DNA of 64,000 nt, taken from the NCBI RefSeq assembly GCF_006345805.1, contig NC_042998.1:154504001-154568000 (forward strand), in the 5' to 3' direction. The DNA comes from Octopus sinensis (taxonomy: Eukaryota). Of the stretch, positions 53,095 through 64,000 are shown one piece after another. The position numbers were made by a program, and so were the translations under genes. Positions within the stretch are counted from its first letter, which is position 1, and each line of letters starts with the position of its first letter. The notes below the pieces were generated by a model. It made no database searches. It saw only the letters and a list, made by a program, of their open reading frames with translations, and had not been told where the DNA came from.

Positions 53095-56000
53095 TTGATT
53101 GATTGATTGATTCTAGTTTCAGCTCATGAGCTGAGGCCATGCTGGGGCACCGCCATTTGGTGTTGCTACATGGTTTTACTTCACGAATGCTTTTTAGCAA
53201 CTGCCATTTGGTGCATGAGAGAGTTCGATGCAGCTGTCCTCATCTGCACCTCCTGCCGTGAAGTTGGTTCATCTGGGATACCTGACAGGAAGAGATCCAG
53301 TTTCATTTTAAAGACATCTGCATCCACCCCATGCAGGTCTCTTAGGTTCTTCGGGAGGATATTGAAGAGCTGTGGGCCTCGGAAGCCCAGGCTATCACAG
53401 TATCTTGTCCTACATCTTGATGGCAAATTTGGAGTCCTAGGCACCACGCAGTGGCGCCCAGTTCTGGCATTTGTGTAACTCTCGATGCCAAAGTTCAGGA
53501 CACTTCCCTCCAGGAGCTTCCAGATGTATATTATGGCATATCTTTCCCGCCTACGCTCCAGGGAATATAATTTTAATCTCTTGAGTCTTTCCCAGTAGCT
53601 TACATTCTGCATAGAGGCTATCTTCTTCGTGTAGCTTCGTTGGATCGCCTCAAGTTCTGTGATCAACTTGACACTGGATGGTGACCATAGCTGAGAGCAA
53701 TAGTCAAAGTGGCTTAAGACAAGTGTCTTCCAGAGGACCATCATGGTTTCTTGTTCTCTTGTTCTAAAGGTTCTAAGAATCCAGCCAGCCAGCCGTCCGT
53801 CTACATTTCATCGTCATTTTAGCAACATGTACATGAAAGGTCACGTCATCACTCATGTGAATACCCAGGTCACGCACTGATTGTGCCTCTGGGATTGCAA
53901 TCCCTCCGGGTCCAGTGTATTCATTGGGTATTGCATTCAGTTTTGCATGCTGATAGTATAAAGCTTGAAACTTTCCAGCATTGAACTGCATGCTATTCTT
54001 TTCAGCCCACTTGTATATTTCGTCCAGCTCACATTGCAGGTGTTTAGTGTCCTCAGGGTTCTGTATTGCCTGTGAAACTTTTGTATCATCTGCATAACTT
54101 GTGATCGTGACTCTCTGCGTGGCTGAGGGCATGTCTGAGAGGGCCATTATGAACAGTAGTGGTCCCAGAACAGTGCCCTGCGGAACACCGCTCACTATTT
54201 GTGTGTTAATGGAGGTGGCCCCATTGGCTACTACCACCTGACTTCTATCCTTCAGAAAGTCATGAAGCCATTCTCCCAGTTTTCCAACTATGTTGAGATC
54301 ACGCAGTTTGTGACATATCATTCCATGATCGACTTTATCAAAGGCCTTTGCAAAGTCGAGATATATCACTTCCACATTTGAGTGGTTGAGCAGCCGTTTC
54401 AGCACCCAGTCATAGTGTTGTAGGAGCTGAGTTAAACAGCTTCTCCCTGGTCGGAAACCATGTTGGGTGTCGGGCAGCAAGTCATTCTCTTCAAGGAAGG
54501 TGATCAGCTTCCTTCTGACTATTCGTTCCATGACCTTGCTGATGTGTGAGGTCAGAGAGATAGGTCTATAGTTCTTGGCTTCCGCTCTGCTACCTCCTTT
54601 ATGAATGGGGCATATTTTACCTTCCTTCAGTTTTCCTGGAAGTTTGCCAGCTGCAAGGAAGCTCTGAAAGAGGAACTGCAGTGGTCTTGCTAGGACTCTC
54701 TTACATGCTTTTAGGAGGATTGCCGGGAATCCATCGGGGCCAGTAGCTGAGTCTGTTTTCATTTCATCTATAGCCTTGGTTACATCGTCTTCCTTTATAT
54801 CGATGTAATCTATCGTCGCCGCCTCTGATTTTATATCTGCAGTGGTAAAAAAGTCAGTTGGATTGGTGATTTGGAGATGCCCAAGGGGTGGAGTGAAAAC
54901 ACTCTTGAATTGCTCATTCAGTATTTCACTTACCCTCATTGGTTTTCCTGTAAGTGTGCCATCCTTTTCGAGGAGTGGCCCTATTCTACAGTGCACTGTA
55001 GCTGTTTCTTTGGCATACCTGTAGAAAGCTCTGGGGTTAGATTTTATGATTTCTATAGCCCAGGTTTCTTTGTCTGCTCTTTCTTTTTCATGGGAGAGTT
55101 GCAGACATTTTTCGATTTCCAACAGTTTTATTTTTAGGCGGGACTTTTCACTGCTTTCAATCTGTTTGTTTAGGCGATTTGAAAATTTCGTACGCCGTCT
55201 CATTAAAATTTTCCTCTCTCTGGGGATTTTGTTCTTGTGTACAGTGGCCTTTCTCTCTGGGACACATTTGTAGCATATGGCTTGCATTACAGACATGAAT
55301 TGTTGAAGTTTCACGTCGATGTCTGGCGAGGAGAGACATTTAGGCCAGTTTTGTTTGAGGATCTCTTTCTCAATTTGTTTCCAGTTTGCCTTATGGTAGT
55401 TCAAGCTGGAAAGATTTTGAGGGTTTCCTGTAGGCTGCATGTCCGTGCTCTCTTTTGGCCCGTACATGGTCAGCTCTATCATGTTGTGATCCGAGAGTAG
55501 TGTCGGTGTCACTTTCACATTATGGATGAGATCCATTTGTCATTTGTGAAGCAGAGATCCAGTGTGTTACCTGCCCTGGTTGGTTGGAGTATTACCTGCT
55601 CCATGTACAGGGTGTTGATGAGGTTCAGGAGGGACCTCGCCTGTCCTCGTTCACATCTTGTCATTCCTGGGAGAGAAAGGCCCTCGGGCCATCTGACATT
55701 GGGCAGATTGAAGTCTCCCATAAGAAGCACACCTATGTGTTGTTCTAATGTGGTTAGAATTTCTTCTATTTTTATAAGGCAATCTTCAAACTTGCCCACA
55801 TGGCTTGGGGCATCTGGAGGGCGATATGTAGCACACACAACTACATCAAGTTGCCTAATATGTACAATTAGTGTGTCACACACCGAGTTTGAGTATGACA
55901 AGAGGACCTGGGGTGTGAGGTCCTCCCGGATGTACATAGCAACACCTCCATGACTCCTTTCTTTCCTGTCGGTCCGTAGTACAGCATACTGTGGTATATG

Positions 56001-56460
56001 TAACTCCGCATCTGCTATGTCCGGTTTCAGGTGCGTTTCCGTAAGTGCTATGCATAAGGCTTGATTGCATGCAACAAAGTCTCTCAGGAACGGGATCTTT
56101 GTCCTGTTACTGAGTGTTTGCAGTCCTCTGATGTTCAGTAGGAGCATCGAGGTGAGGTGTACGTTGTTGCCGGCGGTGTCCATCCTGTGTCTGTTTGCTG
56201 TGGTGGTCTGGTATATAGTGGGTAGTCCCACCTGCGGGCTTGGGTTTGATGAAGCCAGGTCAGCTGCTGTACAATCTTTTGTGCCATGCACAAAAAAGAT
56301 TGTTGCTCAGCAGCTGCTCTTTCGACAACATCATGTTGGTGGTTTGTGGCGCGCACAACATCTGCGTACCTCCGCTTTGGGGCAGGTGGTGCGTGGTCCA
56401 TCCCTTTTCTTTGTGTTGATGGTTTGTCCATCTGCCTCGTGTCTCTGTGGCAGGGTCCCC
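53095..56460 (-). mobile_element. CR1/L2-group LINE with almost intact ORF2 (APE plus RT; two frameshifts) and the C-terminal end of ORF1
   Basis: Frames 55515-56291 (LLNIRGL, ALTETHL, GGVAMYI, MGDFNLP), 53773-55536 (587 aa RT) and 53181-53744; ORF1 end 56135-56431 overlaps the ORF2 start; (ATCA)n-type tail near 53095. Confidence 0.93.
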
Positions 56461-56478
56461 GATGTGCATATATGTATG

Positions 56479-56543
<65 letters not shown>

Positions 56544-57161
56544 TTGAAGGAAGGTATGTGTGTGTGAGATATATAAGCACTCCAGTATGGACGCTGTCTA
56601 ATGACTAAAACAAGTAAAAGAAAAAAAAATATTGTTTTAACCTTTTTTGTTTAATGTGTCGCGAATCGTTATTCTCTGGCAGCAGTTTTACATTTTCCAG
56701 ATGCCTTTAGCTAGGCCGAAATAATGTCTTCACCACTTGACCCTTTCTAACCTCTTCTAGTACACCATAAGCTAAATCAACTAAATTTATTGTTCTCAAT
56801 GATATATCTATCCTTCTGGGTCTTAATATAAGCAAGCACATCAGTTGTCATCAACAGAACAACCCAAGGAATCACTATCAAAACGACTGCTACAATTTCA
56901 ATGTCCCACACTGTTTATCACCTTAATACCTTCAACGCACCTCTGTAACAACTTTGTCTTTCTCCACGATTGAACGAACAGACAGTTTGGAACGTAATAT
57001 CTTTATTTTATTTTATTTTTGTTTTGCACACTAACACACTCACAAGCACACACACAGACACACAAGCACACATACACACACACATATCTGGCAACAGACT
57101 CTCCTGTACATTTTCTTAATTACTATTAATTACATCATATACTCTTCCATAAGATCCCACT

Positions 57162-58079
57162 ATGGCTGGACGATATAGGATTGTTGACTCTGTCCTTTCC
57201 GTTGATGCGATAACTCAAAGATCTCACCATATGCGAGACATTTATGCCATGCGTTACGCGGATTCAACAATCCAATTCCTGGCATCTGTGGGATTGATCC
57301 ACAATTCATCGGAATGTTGTAATGAGCAGATGTACCTTGCATCACGCAATACAGTATCCGATGGGAAAATGTGGAGGTGTACTGTTTGCAAGCAATATCG
57401 TAGCATTAGGCGAGACTCGTTTTTCGCGGGTTCACACCTATCATTGACTTGTATCCTCGAGTTGATGTATTACTGGGCGATAATTGACTGTAAACAGAAA
57501 GTTGTGATGGGCGAAGTTGAAATAGGACGAGAGGCAATTGTCAACTGGTACAATTACTTCCGCGATGTTTGTGCCATGTGGTGTTTTGACCACCCTGTGC
57601 AACTTGGAGGAGAAGATGTTGTTGTAGAGATCGATGAATCCAAGTTCATGCACAGAAAATATCATCGTGGTACTTATCGAGAAGGCCATTGGGTCTTAGG
57701 CATTATTGAGCGCAGTAGTCTGAGATGTGTCTTAGTTCCTGTGCAGGACAGAAGTGCAGCAACATTGTTGCCCATTATTACCCGCCATGTATTGCCAGGA
57801 ACTAAGATTATCACAGATTCATGGCGAGCATATAACAGCCTACCCAACCATTTAACTGTGAACCACAGTGTTAACTTTGTGGATCCCAACGATGCCTCAA
57901 TCCACACAAACACCGTGGAAGGGATGTGGAGTCATGTAAAATCCAATTATCGGAAAATGCATGGAACGTCCGATAATCTGTTTTCGACATATCTGCATGA
58001 ATTTTGTTGGCGACGTTACAACAGCAGTAATACTTTTATGAGCTTCATAAAATGTATTAGACAGTATTATCCTGTATGA
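57162..58079 (+). CDS. Intact Merlin / IS1595 (ISXO2-like) DDE transposase, 305 aa
   Basis: N-terminal Zn ribbon (ECC..WRCTVCKQYRSIRRDSFF), VVEIDESKF, WVLGIIER, RSAATLLPII, IITDSWRAY, TVNHS.NFVDP, HTNTVEGMWS, YLHEFCWR; ATG to TGA with no interruption. Confidence 0.92.
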   Translation: MAGRYRIVDSVLSVDAITQRSHHMRDIYAMRYADSTIQFLASVGLIHNSSECCNEQMYLASRNTVSDGKMWRCTVCKQYRSIRRDSFFAGSHLSLTCILELMYYWAIIDCKQKVVMGEVEIGREAIVNWYNYFRDVCAMWCFDHPVQLGGEDVVVEIDESKFMHRKYHRGTYREGHWVLGIIERSSLRCVLVPVQDRSAATLLPIITRHVLPGTKIITDSWRAYNSLPNHLTVNHSVNFVDPNDASIHTNTVEGMWSHVKSNYRKMHGTSDNLFSTYLHEFCWRRYNSSNTFMSFIKCIRQYYPV

Positions 58080-59685
58080 TTTCAAAAATGTTTTATGAAG
58101 TTCATAAAATGTGTTCTGTTGTTTAATTTAGCCTCAAATTCATGGGAATCTGTATAATTTTATATTTATTATTAATTTCTTCTTTTTGTATCTTAGTAAT
58201 TTGCATTCCTTTCTTTTCTCCATGCGCCTTTCGGATCTTGTAACTTTTATGATTTTCGGAATTCTAAAATACCTTTACAAAATTGTCTTCTATTCACGGA
58301 AATAACCCGTGCAAGCAAAATTTGGTCTAATGTTTAATTTTTTATTTGTCTATTTTTTGTAATGGCTTCTTAATTTGGTATTCATTACATTGAGAGTCTG
58401 AACCAAATTTTTTTAAAAATCAAACATGAAAAAATTTGCTACCACGCACAGTTGATATTTCCAGTTTCTTCTCTGAAATTTGCTTCCACAATTCATTTTA
58501 CAGAAATAAGAGAAATGGTTAGAACGAGCTGTAGCTACTTATACATATGTAGTGCTTTGAGGGCAACGTGAGTTAACTTCATCACATGGCTTTGCTAAGT
58601 CAATTGGTGTGTTTTCCGTTTGACTTAAAACTTTTCCGCGTCTACACACAGACACCACACGAAAACAATAGGTGTCACAGTGATATACCTCTTTTTCTAC
58701 AGTCGGCCAGAACGAAGAAGTGACAATGCCACCTTACATTCTCTATTGTCAGCATCGAGCATCGGCAGAGAGACGTTATTAGAATACATCAACCACAACG
58801 ATACAACTGGTTACCCACAACGTGATTCGAACACAACAACCCTGCCACAATTGCTGACTCCCGAGCCACAGAACTGCAGTCTTCGTTACCTTATCCATTA
58901 CATTTGGTGAGCTCGACTTCAAAGACTTACTGCTTTAGCATCGCATGAACTCTTGAAAACAATTACAGTCCGTGCCAGTCGCATCAACAAGAATTATAGG
59001 ACACGAACTTTCACGACGCATAGTTTTCAGTTCCATCGTCACACGCCCAACACAACACGAAAGGAATGAAGTCACCGACTCAATGGACACACACCAATTA
59101 CATTCCACATGTACTGCAACCCGATGCACAGATCCACGAGGGAAACAGTTGCCATACATAAATGCAACACTTAGGACAGCTACCCAACCAAGAGAACTAA
59201 CCTTTTCTCACTTTTCAGCATAGACTTTTCACACAGAACATTACCAATCGGATTTTGTCACTTTTCCTTACACATTTTGTACTGTTCGTTCCTTTTGCTG
59301 CACAACACAATGTTTACACATGCATATATATGCATGCTTGCACCCAGTTTCTGTGCACCTCTATAGACTATTAACTTTTTTTTTCCTTTGAATGCAACTC
59401 TTTTCTCATGAGAAGAATATCTCCTCACTTTATAACTCTCCCATCTTTTTCTTACCATTTCACCATCGTCACATCAACAGAGACATTAAGGCTGCACAGT
59501 AGCAGTCGACAAGGCATGTATAACGATTAAATAAAAAAAATTTTGTCTATATCTTCGATCACTGTCATTATTCCATTGAGTCAACCTCATTATTTTCTAC
59601 ATAGCAGACTGTTACATAAACAGGCGCCACAAGGTAATCTTTCGTTTTAATTCGAAATAATGTAAACACTGAATCGGCCATACAT

Positions 59686-59717
<32 letters not shown>

Positions 59718-60179
59718 GTACTTACACACACACACATACATGCAGACATACATATTCACATACACCGAGTAAAAAATTACGATGAATCGGCCATACATAC
59801 ATACATACATACATAAACACACACACATACATAGATACATACACACACACACACATACATGCATACATACATATACACATACACCGAGTAAAAAATCAGT
59901 TATCTCTCTCTTTCACACATTACTCTCTCTGTCTCTTCGCACACACTAACAGAAGCACTTCACTTACACAACATACTGTCTGTCTCCCACACCCCATCAA
60001 ACGCACACAGGCCGACTTCAAAGTGAAACCTTATCGTCGTAAAATCGCTTCCTCTTAGTCTCTTTCGCTCTCATTACTTATGTAAAAAAATAAAAGTTTT
60101 TTACGGAAATCGACGGAAATCTGTGCTACTACAACCGAAACTATGCCGCAAATCTTTGCTGAACCCTAATTATAAAGTA

Positions 60180-60230
<51 letters not shown>

Positions 60231-60239
60231 TATATATAT

Positions 60240-61090
60240 GAGTAAATAATAGCTTTAATGGTTTTTAAAAAAAAGCAACAATTATTTACGGGTATATTTC
60301 GGCATGTAAATATAACCATTAACGGTAGGAACTTCTATAAAAGTTCAATATATATTTTGTATATAAATAAAAGAGGCAGGCAACCGGTTGCTTAGCCACA
60401 TACTGAAAAATTAAAAATAGCTGTCAAAGACTGTTTATTTCTATTTTCTACAAATGAGACTCCACATACGACATATCCCTGTAATTCACATATGCTAAAC
60501 TGAAGGAAGAAATAACGAAAGCAAAGTCTAATGGTTATTTACGAACGCATTTCTAGATTAGGAATATAATATAAATTCCATGTCTTTCATCAGCGTAAAC
60601 CTCCACTAAAATAGATTTATCAGATGCTACGTACCTCCACTTCCCGATCAGGCGACATCGAAATAGTGGAAGAAAGCAAGCATAGGCCAAACCTATATAG
60701 ACGATTGAATCCGTAAATTTTCCCTCCAAAGTTTTACCATGCGTTTTACAAAGATGGTTCCTTAGAGATAGAAACTATGGGTTGTCGTAAGGGAGTGAAA
60801 ATTCCAATTAGTAATATAATAAGAGTAAATATTAGCTTTAATGGTTTTTAAAAAAAACCCAACAATTATTCACGGGTAGATTTCGGCATGTAAATATAAC
60901 CATTAACGGTAGGAACTTCTATAAAAGTTCAATATATATTTTGTATATAAATAAAAAAAGGCAGGCAACAGATTGCTGTTTTGCATATGTGAATTACAGG
61001 GATATGTCGTATGTGGAGACTCATTTGTAGAAAATAGAAATAAACGGTCTTTGCCTGCTATTTCTAATTTTTCGGTATGTGGCTAAGCAG
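60240..61090. mobile_element. Inverted pair of Penelope pseudo-LTR-like repeats (60240-60495 / 60820-61090); third rearranged copy at 61620-61800
   Basis: Shared blocks tttcggcatgtaaatataaccattaacggtagg and gcttagccacatac.gaaaaatt..aatagc..ttttctacaaatgagactccacatacgacatatcc. Confidence 0.75.
60533..60601 (-). ncRNA. Hammerhead ribozyme-like motif
   Basis: Minus strand: ggtttacg, CTGATGA, aagac..ggaat..attcc..tcta, GAA, ATGCGT, T, cgtaaa; stem I tttacg/cgtaaa pairs; stem II imperfect. Confidence 0.58.
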
Positions 61091-61299
61091 GGGTGAGGAG
61101 GAGAGAAGGGGAGTGAGGGAGCAGAGAGAAAGAGAGAAGGGGTGGAGGAAAGAAGGGGAAAGAAAGGAAGAGGAGTGAAAGAGAGTAGGGGTGAAAAGAT
61201 GAAGGACTGAAGAGAAGTAGGAGTCGGGGGGGAGGTTAGATGAAAAGAGGGGAGAAAGAGTTGAAAAGCCGGAGAGCATAGTTGGTGTCGTGGATGTGG

Positions 61300-61580
61300 G
61301 AGGGAAGAGACGCCACTAGGGGGTGCAAAGACATGGTCGAGGTATTTTGAGATGAGCTCCGTGGGGCAGTTACAGGCGGAGATGATGGGGCGGCCAGGGT
61401 TGTTGGGTTTGTGGATTTTGGGGAGGAAGTAAATGGTGGGGGTGCGTGGGGTTCGGACAATAAGGTTGGATGTGGTGTGGGGGAGACGGGAGGACAAGAT
61501 GAGGTCGTGGACAGTAGAGGAGACCGTCTGTTGGTAGCTAAGCGTGGGGTCAGAGGACAAAGGGGAGTAGAAGGAGGTGT
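61300..61580 (-). mobile_element. Penelope-like RT N-terminal fragment followed by a purine-rich tract (61090-61300 on plus)
   Basis: PTIYFLPKIHKPNNPGRPIISACNCPTELISKYLDHVF and LPSHIHDT motifs. Confidence 0.85.
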
Positions 61581-61844
61581 CATTAAGTTGGCATGTATAT
61601 ATATGTATATGTATGTATATAAATAAAACAGGCAGGCAACAGGTTGCTTAGCCACATACCGAAAAAATTAGAAATAGCAGTCAAGCACTGTTTATTTCTA
61701 TTTTCTACAAATGAGACTCCACATACGACATATCCTGAAATCTACCAGTAAATAATTGTTAATTTTTTTAAAAAACCAATAAAGCTATTATTTACTCTTA
61801 TTATATGTATATATATGTATATATTTTTATATATTTTTTATATT

Positions 61845-62940
61845 TTATCTAGTTTTAGCTCACGAGCTGTGGCCATGCTAGGGCACTGCTATTCGGTGTT
61901 GCTACATGATTTTACTTCATGAATGCTTTTTAGCAATTGCCATTTGGTGCATGAGAGAGTTTGATGCAGCTGCCCTCATCTGCCCCCCCCCCCCCCTGCC
62001 GTGAAGTTGGTTCATCTGGGACACCAGACAGGAAGAGATCCAGTTTTATTTTAAAGACATCTGCATCCACCACATGCAGGTCTCTCAGGTCCTTCGGGAG
62101 GATATTGAAGAGCTGTGGACTTCTGAAGCCCAGGCTATCACAGTATCTTGTCCTACATCTTGATGGCAAATTTGGAGTCCTTGGCACTATCCAGTGGCGG
62201 CCAGTTCTAGTATTTGTGTAACTCTCGATGCCAAAGTTTGGGACAAGTCCTTCCAGGATCTTCCAGATGTATATTATGGCATATCTTTCTCGCCTACGCT
62301 CTAAGGAATAGAGTCTTAATCTCTTGAGTCTTTCCCAGTAACTTATATGCTGCACAGAGGCTATCTTCTTCATGTAGCTTCGTTAAATCATCTCAAGTTC
62401 TGTGATTAACTTGACACTGGATGGTGACCATAGCTGAGAGCAATAGTCAAAGTGGCTTAGGACAAGTGTCCTCCAGAGGACCATCATGGTTTCCTGGTCT
62501 CTTGTTCTAAAGGTTCTAAGAATCCATCAGGTCAGCCACCTACATTTCATTGCCAATTTAGCAACATGCACATGAAAGGTTGCTTCGCTACTCAGGTAAA
62601 TACCCAGGTCTCGCACTGATTGTGCCTCTGGGATTGCAATCCCTCCAGGTCCAGTGTATTTATTGGGTATTGCATTTAGTTTTGCATGCTGATAGCATAA
62701 AGCTTGAAACTTTTCAGCATTGAACTGCATGCTATTCTTTTCAGCCCACTTGTATATTTTGTTGAGCTCATGTTACAGGTGCATAGTGTCTTCAGGGTTC
62801 TGTATTACCTGTGAAACTTTTGTATCATCTGCATAACTTGTGATCGTGGCTCTCTGCGTGGCTTAGGGCATGTCTGAGAGGGCCACTATGAACAGTAGTG
62901 GTCCCAAAACAGTGCCCTGCAGGACACCACTCACTATTTG
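61845..62940 (-). mobile_element. 5'-truncated CR1/L2-group LINE 3' portion (same subfamily as 53095-56460)
   Basis: ORFs 61930-62373 and 62527-62730 are nearly identical in protein to the 53-54 kb copy. Confidence 0.9.
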
Positions 62941-62944
62941 CGTG

Positions 62945-64000
62945 TTAATGCACATCTACTTTGTGCAAGTCCCTCAGACTTTTTGGGAGAATATTAAAAA
63001 GCTGTGGGCCCTTGAAACCCAGGCTGTTGCAGTAGCTGGTCCTGAAGTGTGATGGCAATGCTGGGATCTTTGGCACTATGCAGTGTCGTCCCGTTCTAGC
63101 ATTGGTGTAGCTTACAATGCCAAAATTTGGCACAATTCCTTCCAGGATCTTCCAGACATATATTACTGCATACCTCTCCCGTCTTCTCTCCAGGGAGTAG
63201 AGTCTTAGCTGTTTCAACCTTTCCCAGTAGCTGAGCTGTTGCAAAGAGACGATCTTCTTTGTGAATCTTCTCTGGATTGCTTCAAGGTCTGCTGTTAATT
63301 TCACACTTGTGGGTGTCCGCCAGAGGACCATCATGGTTTCCTTATCTCTGGTTCTGAATATTCTTAGGATCCATCCAGCCAGTCATCTGCACTTTGTTGC
63401 CATCCTGGTAATGTGCACTTGGAAAGAGGTATCATCACTCATGTCGATACCCAGGTCCCTCAGAGACTTAGGCTCTGGGATTGAAATTCCCTGTGGACCG
63501 GTGTATCCTGTAAGTTTAATATTCAGTTTTGGATGCTGGTAGCACAGGGCCTGGAATTTTTCAGCATTAAACTGCATATTATTATCCTTTGCCCATCTGT
63601 AGATTGAGTCCAACTCCTGCTGCAGGTGTGCAACATCACTGGGGTTCTGTATTTTGTGCGAGACTTTCGTATCATCTGCATAGCTTGCCAGAGTGGCTAT
63701 CCGGGCATTTGAGGGCATATCTGAGAGGGCTACTATAAAAAGCAGTGGTCCCAAGACAGTGCCCTGTGGAACAACGCTCACTATTTGTGTGTTCATAGAG
63801 ATGGCTCCATTAACCACTACTGCCTGACTCCTATCTTTCAGGAAGTCAGGTAACCACACTCCAAGTTTTCCAGCTATGCCGAGGTCACGCAGTTTGTGGC
63901 ATATCATTCCATGATCCACCTTGTCAAAAGCTTTTGCAAAATCAAGGTAGATTACGTCCACATTTGATTTGTTGAGTAACTGCCTCAACACCCAGTCATA
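62945..64000 (-). mobile_element. CR1/L2-group LINE RT portion (same subfamily as 38200-41885), running off the window end
   Basis: ORF 63383-63991 is almost identical to the C-terminal half of 39905-41116. Confidence 0.92.

Noticed and set aside
57162-58079. Bacterial contamination suggested by the IS1595-like transposase
   Set aside because: Flanks are eukaryotic microsatellites and repeats shared with the rest of the window, and Merlin is the known eukaryotic branch of this family
57088-59153. GGCAAC..GTTGCC as candidate Merlin TIRs
   Set aside because: Only 6 bp of perfect match and flanks (acatatct vs atacataa) are not a TSD

Overview
AT-rich eukaryotic (animal) DNA made almost entirely of transposable elements and microsatellites; there is no prokaryotic gene organisation. 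The repeat families resemble those of cephalopods (Octopus-like), which is recalled pattern recognition, not a database match. Only one host-gene exon could be supported: an 85-bp + strand exon (26227-26311, AG/GT bounded) encoding AHQLGRQADVYVKSGKFEEALHCHKRAA, matching the MIT-domain exon 2 of NRBF2. Much of the window is therefore probably NRBF2 intron. Mobile elements include RTE, CR1/L2-group, R4/Dong, Tx1-like and HERO-like LINEs, several Penelope-like elements (PLEs), a DD37D (maT) and other mariner relics, a non-autonomous Helitron, a Gypsy gag-protease relic, tRNA-derived SINEs and an intact Merlin/IS1595-family transposase ORF (57162-58079). The most striking structures are (i) a 3.1-kb foldback element (47322-50433) with about 1.4-kb arms, GG..CC ends, an 8-bp TSD and nested palindromes; (ii) several minimal hammerhead ribozyme motifs in PLE termini, one duplicated inside a near-perfect 330-bp palindrome; and (iii) a split inverted duplication (51312-52142 versus 56572-60180) whose right arm carries the Merlin ORF. 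All boundaries were read by eye and are approximate unless exact bases are quoted.
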